46,698 bases of DNA from Atractiella rhizophila. Taxonomy: Eukaryota. The notes under the pieces are model-generated. The model saw only the letters and a program-made list of their open reading frames with translations. It ran no database searches and was not told the origin of the DNA. Positions 24,479 through 36,264 of the stretch are shown here, piece by piece (position 1 is the first letter of the stretch; every line of letters starts with the position of its first letter). The DNA lies in the NCBI GenBank assembly GCA_021432655.1, contig MU271545.1:1-46698 (forward strand), written 5' to 3'. Position numbers and translations under genes: made by a program.

Positions 24479-25461
24479 TGTCAGGCTTCCCCTACGCAAT
24501 ACCGAAATGCACCATCTAAAGTCACGTGACCACTTTACCGCGTCAGTGGATCACATGCTTACCTATCGCCGCTTTGCTCATCCCGCGCTGTTCCCCGCTT
24601 TCCCCTTTCTCACACAAATCGTCGCTCAGCAAACCTTATACATTTTGCTGGCCTACAACGTCCCCATTTTCGCCTTATTATCCTTTTGTTAGGGCTGACA
24701 CTATGTGCGGTCGCCGATAGGCGATGCGTCTGTAGTGGAGGTAAACCTAAGTGAATCGTATAGCATGAGAAGACTAACCTGTAGTGGAGGTAAACCTAAG
24801 AGAATACTCTGAGGTCACCACCACTACATCTCAATGTATATATACATATGCCAAGGCACTGCCATAAACTGTAACATAAGTTTCTTGAAACATGTAAGAT
24901 AGCTAGATTAGGAAAGCAATAAAGGGAATACTCGGAAATAAGATATACTGAGCAGTACAAGTGAGAAAAGATAACAAGGCAATAATGGCGACGGTGCAGA
25001 CCGGCGAAATGTATAAGGTTTGCTGAGCGGCGATTCAAGTGAGATGGGAGAAGGCGGCGGCCAGCGCGAACGTGCGCAAAGCGGCGACGTGTTGGCACTT
25101 GATCCTACGATGTACTGAAGTAGGTCACGTGACTTCAGACTGTGCATTTCGGTAATGCGTAGGGGCAAGCCTGACACCTTTCTCACTAGTACTGCTCAGG
25201 ATATCTTATTTCCGAGTATTCCCTTTATTGTTTTCCTGATCTAGCTACCTTACATGTTTCAAGAAACATATGTTACCGTTTATGACAGTGCCTTTACATA
25301 TGTATATATACATCGAGATGTAGTGGTGGTGACCTTAGAGTATTCACTTAGGTTTACCTCCACTACAGGTTAGTCTTCTCATGCCATACTATTCTCTTAG
25401 GTTTACCTCCACTACAGACACATCGCCTGTCGGCGACCGCACATAGTGTTTTGGCCCAACA
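24479..25461 (-). mobile_element. Solo-LTR-like element (~488 bp) hosting a nested copy
   Basis: TGTCAGG...CCCAACA; TSD CCTTC at 24474-24478 and 25462-25466. Confidence 0.93.
24687..25176 (+). mobile_element. Solo-LTR-like element (490 bp) nested in an opposite-orientation copy of itself
   Basis: TG...CA ends; TSD CCTTT at 24682-24686 and 25177-25181. Confidence 0.94.
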
Positions 25462-26122
25462 CCTTCCTTGTATTTGTGTTGTTGTCATAGCGAGGTTTGT
25501 TGCAATAAGGGCAGTGTGCATGAGACTCATATACAGAGGACAATTGAAATTAACACGAGTTTATGCAGCATGCAAACTTTTTCACTCTGAGTTCAGCAAG
25601 CTTTCCAAGTTTCCGGACTAGCTTAGGTAGGCTTGCAATCTCCAGCTTGTCTGATCATCCACATCTTGCTCATCAAAGTATTCTTCTGTTGATGGCCCAT
25701 TTTCAGGTGGTGCATCAAACTAGGCCGCTTGACCAATCTCTGTGGCTTCTTCTACTTCATCCCATCCATCGTCAACTTTTTAATGGCCAATGAGTGGTAC
25801 ATGGTCAACATCCATGCTTTCAAGACCACCTCCTGTATTGGAGCAATCCAAATCATCGCTGAACCAATGAGAGAAAATGTTTTCAAACCGATAGCACTAG
25901 CCCCTTTATTTCATTTCCACCTTACTGCTTTGCATGGAGAAACATGCTGTTTGAAACTGGATTGATTCCCATAGTCTCCACCGTGATACAGATTTTTCCT
26001 GTTTTTTCAATCCAGTCACTTTCCAGTAAGTTGCTGTTTTATTCCAGTTCATAATGACAACTATTACCGTTTCCAACTTGCTTTACATCGAAGCTTTTCT
26101 TGTAAAAAAGGGTTCCACGGTG

Positions 26123-26473
26123 TGGTCTGTTTCTATTGATGTCGATTGCACTCTCCAGCTTCAATCATGAATAGCTTTGCTGATGGATGCTCTTAGTGTT
26201 CCACTACTTCAAATCAAAGGCCGAGCAATCCGACATCGGTTCAGCATTAGGAAAGGGCCTGCAACCGTCCAGCGGCCTGGTGAACCAAAGGCTGGAATGA
26301 AGCAGGATGCAGGTTCAAGCGCTGCTGATCATGTCGACGAGAAGTGAAACACAGGAAGGGCTGTATTGTAGGTCAGGGTGCCGTTTTATTTGTTGCTGAA
26401 TCCTGTTGCTCCTGTATTTGCTATTTTTCAGAAGGTTGCCATCAATTTTTTACTTGGCTGTGTAATGCAGAGA
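26123..26473 (+). repeat. Copy B of the MFS gene 3' end, with an intact orphan terminal exon (26197-26347)
   Basis: Encodes VPLLQIKGRAIRHRFSIRKGPATVQRPGEPKAGMKQDAGSSAADHVDEK*. Branch site and TAG acceptor are intact. Confidence 0.93.
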
Positions 26474-26659
26474 GGATAATGCCCTATGCGTGAGGTGTAT
26501 TAACTGATGTGACGTTATGCCGACTAGACTTGCAGACACTCTTTGCCCTTCTCAATACATTGCACAAGGATAACAGAACGTTAAGTAATACATCGAGACA
26601 TCACTCCGTCAAATATGCACACCGAAACTCGAAAAGAAGATGGCATAGTGAGAGACTGG

Positions 26660-27995
26660 TCACGGTCGTTCCTTTAGCTCTCGCAAGGCTTTTTGGACTT
26701 GAACAGCTTGTTCTGCCGTCGTAATTTGAACTGGCAGGCTCTGTGCATGACGACATCCATCAGTGGTGGGATATAAAGTGAGAGCGAGTAAAGCGTACCT
26801 TCAATACTGCGTCAACAGTTTCCATGCCTTGCTTAATACCCTCAGCTGATGCCAGGATTCCTTTGTCTAAAATGCCAACCTTAAATCAGCAATTCTAAAG
26901 TGAGATGAAGGACGAACCATCTTCGACAACTTCCATCATTACGTCGTCCTTTGAGCCCAAGGTTTCTTCGATGGTTCCCAAGAGTTTCTCGATGCTGTTC
27001 CCGAGCTCATCGGGCAGTCGTTTCCGATCTGTGGTGTTCTTCATCATGACTCCAAACAGCTTCTCTTGGTAATTCTCCACTTGGAGATGCAGCTCTTCAT
27101 TCTTCGGTGCGTACAGTTGAGGTCGCGCTACGTGATTAGGATAAATATTTGGCATGGAGTTGATGGTCGTATTGCCTGCGAGGAGCTTGAAGAGTGGTTC
27201 CAAATAGGTCTATTGCAGAACACTGAACGTTAGTGTTAACTGATGGCGCAACCATGCCGTACTCTGCGCTGTTTCTCAATTTCTGTAACTTCTTAATAAG
27301 GTGATGGCCTTCCAGGCTTGCAGCGGCTTCATATGGAACAAATATGCCCTCAAGGCCAAGTAAGAAACTCGAGGTCCAGTGCCGGTAGTAAACAACTCAA
27401 CAAGGAATTTAAGACCAAGAGTTCCCATTTACTCGAAATAAAGGTCAAAGAATAACCATGATCGGTGGCCTGCAACAGTACATTTCTACAGATTTTGTGA
27501 GGGAGAAACGGTAAAGTTTGGTCTTTAATGTTCGGAGGTTCACTGCTGCTTCTTACCCTCAGAAATGTGAATATCGTTTGGATTGCACTTGCAAATGGAT
27601 GGTGCGCCAGGCAAGCTAGTATTCAGATTGACACCTTTGTTGGGCGCTTCATATGTGTGAGGTTTTGATCTCCCCAGAAGTCGTAAGACAATAACGATGT
27701 GAAAAAAGTAGAATGTCTGAACCAGTGTTGCCTATTGGCAAGCAAAACGAGCTACAGAGCGTACTACCCCTACTCTTCCTTCGTATTCAAGACCACACAC
27801 CTTGTTCACAATATCCATAACCTCGTCTTTTCCTGCAGCAACTCCCTCCTCCAGAAGTGCCTTCTCAACGCACTCCTCCAAATCCTTCCGAATAACATCC
27901 AGTACGTGTTCCCACTGCTCACGTGTGTCAAAATCTACGCGCTGGGCCGCATTCGAAGATGGAGAACCGGCTAGAGAAAGTGATTGGCGCTCCAT
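26660..27995 (-). CDS. Putative kinetochore Mis14/Nsl1-like protein (4 exons)
   Basis: Spliced product MERQS..QRVDFDTREQWEHVLDVIRKDL..DIVNK/TYLEPLFKLLAGNTTIN..NEELHLQVENYQEKL..DRKRLP..LRELKERP*. The splice phases are consistent. Family assignment rests on recalled pattern similarity only. Confidence 0.55.
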
Positions 27996-28317
27996 CGAAA
28001 GTCGCGTCCTTGATCGCGTCGTTGTTTCCTGTATCAACAAGTTGATGAAGGTTGATGTAGCATATGTCTCCGTCTTTCTCACAAGAGTTTCAGATATGGC
28101 AGTTCTATTGAACCTTTCGACGATTGCATTCACTGAGTCCTAAAAAGGGCCATGTAAGTGCATCAAAAGCCATCTCATTTCTTCATGTAACATTTCTTCA
28201 CGTAAGATAAGACGCCAAACACGCCAATCATCTCAGCCGTTGGCTGACGAGGTATCATTAAGGTATCATTCAAAGCTTTTTGTTCACCACCTACCTCTCC
28301 CACGCAATCTCTTTAAA

Positions 28318-30821
28318 TCAACCCACAGTCTTCTGCTCCGTCAACTCCTTCCTCTGCTCTCTCAACCTCTCCCGCCTCTCGTTTCTCCTCCTCTTGCTCT
28401 CTTTTACTCCAAACCCGTTCTGGAATAGCGATGGTACCTCTTCGATGGCAAGACCACAGGCTTCAGGGAAGAAGAAGTAGATGAAGACGTAACCGATCGT
28501 ACAAACCGCGGCGTATAGACCAAACGCACCAGAAGGAGTAATCGAGTGCAAGAGCGACAAGAAAGTTGAGCTGACCAAAATGTTTGGCCCCCAATTGAAC
28601 AGTGTAATGTTGGAAGCTGCGAATGCCCTAACTCTGAGGGGGAAGAACTCCGACGTTGTCCAAGGGACATTACCTACACAAGGTCATATGAAACTTATAC
28701 AACAAAAAGAAGACGGAGACAACATACCGAGACCAGTAGCGTAGCCAGCGACATAGATCAGCATGCTCGCAAGTACCAAATTGCTCGCCCATCCTGAGCC
28801 TTGACCATTCGAAGTAATTGGATTTCCGCTGTCATCCTGGGGGACGTGATCGAACGCAATTGCAGCGATTACCTTTCATGGTTTCAAAGCAACCGTTAGA
28901 CCTTTCCATACCGAAGAGGAGAAAAGCGAGGGTAGCCAAGCGTACAAGGGCAACAGGCATTATCCAAGCAGACCAGAGCAGAATCCGTCGTCTTCCAATA
29001 CGATCGACAAGGAGCAGTGAAACATTTGTGAACACAAAGTTTGTTGCGGAAACAGTGAGCGAGATGAGTAGCGGGTTAGAGGTGAAGCCAACTGTCTGGA
29101 AGATGGTCGCCGAGTCTGCAGAGTTGCTCGTATGAGGGTCGCTCTGGGGTAATCTAAGGAATCCACTCACAGTACATCTATGGCGCGGGTTATCAATAAC
29201 ATGTTCCTCGCTTGTCAGAAAAGGCTTACCAGAGTATTGAACCCACAAAACTGCTGAAAAGCCATAGAACCACACGCTGAAACGAGTGCTCGCAGATTAG
29301 GGCCCTGGTGATTCAACACGTCCTTCAGTTTCGATATCTTAATGCAAGAGACAGAAAGTGGGAAGAAGAACCTTAGTATACATCTCCTTACAGAGAGCCT
29401 TCGTTGAAGTCCACCAACTGCCTTGACCTCCATCTGGGCTAGAGAGGATGACCATTCGCAACAGCTCAATCTTATGGTCCAGTTGCTCGTCGGTTGCGAA
29501 CGGAAAAGTCTTCTTGATCACGGCGCGTGCGTCTGAGTCTCGCCCCTTTCGGATGAGATGACGGGGTGTTTCAGGTATCAGGGGAAGCAGGAAGAAAAGG
29601 ACAATCGCAGGGATGGCTGATCTCATAATGAGATGTGCTGACGGACACAGAGGGAAAAAGGCAAACCTCCGAGAGCTACCATGTACCTCCATCCCTAGAT
29701 TGCCATTTCAGCATCCTGCACTGGACAAGAGGAGGAAACGAGATAAAACCTTGTGCACGTGATAGAAAGCCTCGTCAATTGCATACGCAATGAGCTGGCC
29801 ACCAGTGATACACAGTACATCTAATTAAAACTGATCAGCAGAGGGTTTCACGTCCACCATATTTCAAAATACGAACCGACTACAACCAAACGACCTCTAT
29901 ATCGTTGTGGTGCTACTTCCCCAATGAACAGAGGGACGACCATTGACGCCAGGCCCACTCCAAATCTAGTCCAGAATTGAGAGGTTAGGTTGAGCATGCT
30001 GGAATAAAGACAGTAGACGGACCCAACGATCAAACGGCCGATAACCATCTGCCGAAAATTCAGACTCATTGAGCTGGTGCTGGAAGGAGCAAGAACGAAG
30101 TATACGTACCTGGGCGAAGGAGTACGAAACTGCCTGCAAGACTGATCCTAGAACAAATCTGTATAGGAATATACGTCAGCAAGTGAGCTGAAGGGACCTC
30201 AGACAGGATAACAAACACAACAGTTGAGAGATACATCACGCTCTTCCTTCCCCATTTGTCCGCGAGAAATCCAGCAAGAAGAGCAAATATGAATGCACCA
30301 GCGCTATATGCCATCCACAATAGATTAACAAGTGTTCATGAAGGAGAAAGTGCATAATTGGGAAGACGAACCTAGTGATTGAGGTCAACAGTTCTTTCTG
30401 GCCGCTTGTCAATTCGTGGGAAGTTCGAAGGTCAAGTCCAACGGTGATAAATACACCATTCATCACACCAGTATCGTCTATCAAGAGCGAGTTTCAGGCA
30501 ATTACTGTCTGGGCATGGAGGACATACAACCAAACAACAATCCATCAGCTGCATTTGACTTTAATCAAACTTTGACGCTGGGAGAAAAGTAAAGGACTAA
30601 CCTGCCGATACAGCGAAACAGACGAGCCAGATCCACTTTGAAGGCTGAGTAGCCTCGATGGAATCGTGATAAAACGCAGCATCGAGGTCGCTTGAAATTT
30701 TTTCGCCACCAGGCGATTTCTTTAGATCCTTTGAGTCTAATTCTGGACTTTCTTTCTCAAGGTCGTGCTCTTGCTCTAAGGACAGTTTCCCCTTTGCTTC
30801 ATGATCCGTAGGGGAGGCCAT
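28318..30821 (-). CDS. Sugar porter family transporter, myo-inositol transporter (ITR)-like
   Basis: [90 protein letters not shown]; many introns. Confidence 0.92.
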
Positions 30822-31611
30822 CTTTCACTTCGAACTGACAGTGATCGATTTTTTTTGAAGCCCAGAACGACGGTACCAGTTCTCGATGGCTTTCTTGAGC
30901 AAGAATGAGATGAGAAGGGTATGTGAATTGAAGAGGGCACTTACTGAGAGCAAGTAATACTGAAATTACCCCACAGCAGCTCAGTGATGGCGAGAGGAGT
31001 ATTCAAGCTAAACTTGTTAGCCTGCCTTTTAAGAGATGAGGCACGCGACAACTTTGAGCCGGTCGGCCTTCGAAGCCAATCCAGACAATCACCATCAATC
31101 AGCGAGCAGTGGAAGTTACCATCGAAGAATTCATGATGGGAATTTTGTAGAGAAGCTTGTATGCTTAATGTAGATGGTCATGGCGCGGTGAGTGAATTGA
31201 CTTCTTTAGCCAGTTAGGTCTTTCATCCCACATTCGCGTGCCTCCTGAGCTCCATTGTTGGGTGGAGTGGAATGAACGTATGCATGAGATTGCAGGGATG
31301 GTAGAGAGGGTCTACTAGAGTCCTTTCCTCGGATGGAGATCCCCCGTTTGACGAACTCGTATCTCATTCATATATCCTCCCAAAAACGACAGTGATAGGG
31401 AGACAACGAGAATGGCAGAATAAAATATGCCGGCCACTCCGTACCACCACTTTGAAACTACAATGACAACAACACATAATGAAATTACGGAACCTGGAAG
31501 CGATACCAAACCGAGCCCTACATACACAATTACCTGTTTCCTTTCCTCTTCCACGCTGACGTTGAAGTTCTTGATGAGGATAATATTGAGGTGGAGATGG
31601 AAGGAGGGGAA

Positions 31612-33206
31612 TTAGACGTATTGTGGGCTGTCGTGCTTCCAATATCCCTCCTTTGCACTGGAGTCATCTCCAGACATGGAGTGAAGATGGATGGGGCGCA
31701 TTTGATCATCTCCCTGAGTGATCACGGTGGTCGTCACCTGTCATAATTTCACTCTCAGTATTCTTCCGTGGGAGGGGCGATGAGCAAAACGCACGTGTAC
31801 ATGTTCCTTTGTTCCCGCCGCTCGGAGCGGATAGGTGTTCCCGAATGACTTGGACGTGATTCCTCCTCCCGCACTGGTACTTGGTCCAGAAGCGCCATCC
31901 GGCTTCAAGACTGTGGCGTAAAGGACGAGCACTGCCGCGGTGTAGAGCTTGGTGATGAGATATGTGATGGTATAATGATACGCTTTCCTGATCTCAACCG
32001 TCAGCGGATCTGAGAGCAAAAGACTTGCAATCAACATACTCCTAACCAATCGGTCAGTATCATCATGGTGGAAAGGTTACAACGCACTGGGTAAACCTGA
32101 ACGAGGACCCATCGCGAGATCTGCAAAGCCGTAGGCAGGATCATGCACTCGAGAGAGAGGCGAATCCACCTGAAGAAGTGGCTTCAGAGTCCAAAGCTCT
32201 GGGAAGAAGAGAGAGGGACAGACTTGGAGACCAGGTCGTTTGTCCTTGAGAAGTCGGTTCTGTGGCCCCGAAGATTCCAGATGAAGACTACGCAGAGAAT
32301 GATATCTGCCACACTTGCACTCGCAAGGAAACCTGCGAGAACGACAGTTGCGCCTGGGAACCAGGTGTCTGGCGGTTGTGTGGTTACGCGGATGACAAGC
32401 GCATCGAAGGGTATCTGGGCGATAGAGAGCAGAGCGGCGACCGCGAGAGCTCTGTACTCGGCGCGTCAGTTTCCTGCCGCTCTCTAGCTAGAGAAGACAT
32501 ACACCATAGTCACAATCTTCCGGCTCCTATTGCGGGTGCCCAAGACATCCATAGTGTTGGACATTTTGTAGATTCTGTCACGATGGGATAACCTTTAGCA
32601 ATATTCTGGGAAATTCGAAAGAAAGCCCACCGTCGTATGTACACCACATGTGTGCAGATGACAATGATTGGATCTGTGGCGAGGAAAATTTGTACCTTGA
32701 TGCCATGCCTGAGTTCATTCCCTTTCAGAAACAAGAGGCCACCTACAGATTTCGGGACAAATGTAGCAAATCCCAGTAGTCCACCAGTTGCTGCCTCCCT
32801 CGAGACTACAGTGACATAATGGTCCTTTGCGATTCTGTGTTTCAGACTGATTAAACGGTTGATTTATGCAGGCAAACTAGCACATACATGTCTGTCAATC
32901 CTGCCACCAAAAGGATGGTCCAAACAGCCCAAACGAATCGATTTGGTTCTCGTCGTGCGATCAACAGTCGTGCGACGTAATAACTGGCGAACCATGAGCT
33001 CATGGGGAGGTGGAGAGAAGAAGACACACAATTGAACGATGTTGATGCCGTAAAGAATGTTTGTTACATGAGCAGCCTACCACCTTCCTCAGACCTTTCA
33101 TTTCGTGAACAAAATTGGGACTCACAATGACGATTGGAAGGACACCGTCATTGTAGAGGTGTGCCGTGAAGGGAATGAAAGTGCCCGGTGGTACTGCAGT
33201 AGCCAT
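31612..33206 (-). CDS. Multi-pass membrane protein, DUF6534-like basidiomycete family
   Basis: Hydrophobic spliced exons, a YLITKLYTAAVLVL motif resembling the family's SKLYxNS helix, and a Ser/Thr/Gly tail ending SPQYV*. The exon structure is only partly resolved. Confidence 0.6.
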
Positions 33207-33978
33207 CTTGCTCTCTGGCTATCGGGAGTGGCGACTTGGCAACGATAAAGAAAGAGATGGTTGTGGGGGAGAACTCCCTTGCTTTTGAGCACAAAGCTTC
33301 TTCAATCGACCGCCCTGAAGGTTATAAATGCTCAGGGCTGGGTATCGTGCTGGGGTTCGCACCATGGTTAGACTTCGCTGGTCCGCTGAAGGATATCCCA
33401 CATGCATGATGATAACCGTCCGAATTTGGACACGAGGGTTGTCATTCCTTCACCGCACGTTGCTGAGCAATTTATTCATTTACAACTCCGCACCTTGCTC
33501 CTCGGTTGATTATCACGAGCTTGCACTTGCCTCGGTTGAAAGTTTGCCTGGACCTCTTCTAGCGTCAAAGTGCTCAAGCCTTAATGACAACCTTTCGAAG
33601 GTACGACATCTTGAACACCTTTTCCGTTACTGTAGTGAGGCAATAATGGTCCCGCGGTTTCTTCTGTCCCATCGCGGGAATCGTTGTAAAGTGGCCCCAA
33701 GCGTTTGTGCGGCGATCTCAGAGGCTGCAATGAAAGTGTCTTGGTACAACTCAGTACTCCACTTACTTTAACCCTTGCAGCGTCGGAACTTTATCATAAA
33801 TTTATCTGGTGAGCTCGACGAAGCGTGAAACATCATAGGGGACCGCTCTCCCCCGAGGCACATGCACCGTGCTCAAAGTTATGGCCGGAGAAATCAGCTT
33901 ATAATGAAGGTCCTCCTCTTCGGCTGAGCCTGCAAGCTAGAGTTTTACCGTCGCTGTACAACGTTGTTGAGAGGTAGG

Positions 33979-36264
33979 ATGGAAGTGTCGCCGTACTTGA
34001 TCATTGCTGTCGTTGCATCCCTCACCTGGTGGATTCACCAGAGGAGCAAGAGGTCGCCATACCCCCCTCCCCCTGGACCTAAGCCGATGCCCATTATCGG
34101 GAACCTCCTCGAATTCCCCAAGGAAAATCATGCTCGTTTCTTCAAGGTCCTCCACGAGAAACTGGATTCCCCTGTTGTAAGCCTTCCCGCTTTGAACCTC
34201 GTGATGTGTGATTGAGAGTCTGAACTACCCTGGCGTGCAGGTGTCAATTTCTGCATTCGGGCAGGTCTGTCTCCTCTACCCTCATCAGATTCCGTTGACT
34301 GACACGGGATCAAAGGCCTGGATCGATATTGCCTCTTACCCCCTCGCTAGGGAACTCTTAGTGAAGCGAGCTGCGATCAACTCTTCCAGGATGGAGCTCC
34401 CTTACTTTAAGAGGTATCCACACATCGTCACTATTCGGCAGCCTTCAAACTGAGTCCGACTTAGATACATCAATCCCTGGGGACGGTATTGGGGATTCGA
34501 GGCACGTACATTGTTGTGTCTGCCTAGGCCTGAGAATTGACGGAGATTGCTGCAGATTGAGAACGATATGTGGAAGAGAGGCAAGGAGTTGACCGCCCTT
34601 GCCATCGAATCTGTGAAGCGAGGAGATGCGCACGGTGTACAGCAAATGGAGTCTAGACGAACGATCTACCAGTTGTTGACATGCGAAGACGAAGAGCGAT
34701 GGAAGGATCACATCATGAGGTACGCTCCGCTTGGAACCCCTATGATCTGACACTGTCACAGATTTGGAGCATCAGTCATGACAGGACTTGCCTACGGTTC
34801 GTTTCTCCCCTGCTTTACCCACTCTACTTAAATGGCAGCAGGATTTTCGTGCCCGTCCATTGATTTCCCTAAGCTAGTCACCCTCAACCGCGTACGCCTT
34901 TACCCTTGTTTCCCACGAAAGTCCTTATCTCACAGGTGCATGCAGCTGAATCAACGAGCGTTCAACGGCATTCTCGGGTTCTCCATAATCAACTTCATAC
35001 CAATTCTGGACGCCATCCCTGGCCCTCTCAACCCTTGGCGAGCCCTTGCAGCTCCTAAGCTGAAAGAAGACAAGGACTTTTACGATGAGGTTCACCGTGA
35101 AGCGAAAGCAGGCAAGAATGTTGGAGCTGCGACTTGGCTGAAGACGATCTTCTCCGAACGTCCCGAAGATGAGGCAGTGAGTTCATTTCCTCCACGTTCA
35201 GTCGTAGAACGCTGACAGTATTATGCAGCTTGTGGGTGAGTACCACGGCTCTTACAGGCAGAAAACCTAAATGCTAAATTTCGCCCCACCTAGATCAACT
35301 CACCGCTGCAGGTAGGCTGTTTGCCCTCAACCAACAAGGAACTGACACCAACGGACGTTATAGGAGCCGAGACCACGGGAACGTCATTGGTTACTTTCGT
35401 GCTGGCTTGGATCATGTTCCCCGAGGGAGTTGAGAAGGTGAGGGAGCAAGTTGATCGGGTCTGTGGCGACGAGCTTCCCAGCTTCAGTCACAAGAAGAGC
35501 TTGCCATATGTCGAGGCCGCAGCGGCAGAGACCCTCCGTTGGCGTCCTGATGTCCCTCTTGGTACACATTCTCCTGCCCTTTGGCCCTCCCGTACTGAAG
35601 GAAAGTAACAGGAATCCCTCATCGCGCAACCGTCACCCAGACCATTACCCTCGAAACTGGACAGACGTACACAATCCCGAAGGACTCGATGTATGAATCT
35701 TCTTCCTGATTGAGGACCACGAACACTGATAAACATTGCAATAGACTGACCGTCAACGGACTCATTGTGGACAACGATGAAGAGCGCTTCCCCAACCCCA
35801 CCCGCTTTGATATCGACCGCCATCTTGACCATGAAGGCAAGCTTAAGCGTCACGACCTTTCTACCTTCGGTTGGTCACGAAGGAAGTGTCCAGGCGAGCC
35901 CTTCGCTAGTGCGTCCTTCTCAAAATGCTTGTTAGTTTACGAATCTGATGGCATGGCCAGCCGACAGTCTGTTCATCACCATTGCTAGTCTTCTGTGGGC
36001 GTTTGATGTTGAAGGCGAGAAAGGATTCAACTATGAGCATGTTGCGTACGAAGCAGACGTAAGTCCCATGCCTCTGCGCGGACAAGCAGGCTCAGAAATG
36101 CGTTCAGTTTAACAACGAAGCTCTCGTCTTCCCTGCCAAGTTCAAGGTACGCAGCGCAGAAAAGGCTAAGGCCATCAAAAGGTTTGTTTGCTTCACACAC
36201 ATTTGCAAATGAGGTCTAAAAGTCGAGTAGGTATGAGGCGGAAGAGAACACCCTTGAGAGCTAA
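33979..36264 (+). CDS. Cytochrome P450 (ER-anchored, probably CYP64-clan-like)
   Basis: N-terminal TM helix followed by PPPPGPKPMPIIGNLL; I-helix GAETTG; ETLR (ExxR); heme loop FGWSRRKCPG; many short introns. Confidence 0.95.

Larger units (their letters stand above)
22860..26124 (-). pseudogene. CACTA/En-Spm (tnp2-family) transposase pseudogene, interrupted by nested solo LTRs
   Basis: CCINSC..HCPYCNKPRYD..RK/VWKYIPLIPQL is rejoined once 24479-25461 is removed. Also LDLMHLAIENM, MIPSSVG..DRSNLTTEDF..YYQHF and HSLLHIVDY..TWAFSGERY..HPCANL. Boundaries are approximate. Confidence 0.8.

Noticed and set aside
6400..26100. The island as a single giant element such as a Starship
   Set aside because: No tyrosine recombinase seen. 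The contents are independent, decayed LTR and CACTA elements.
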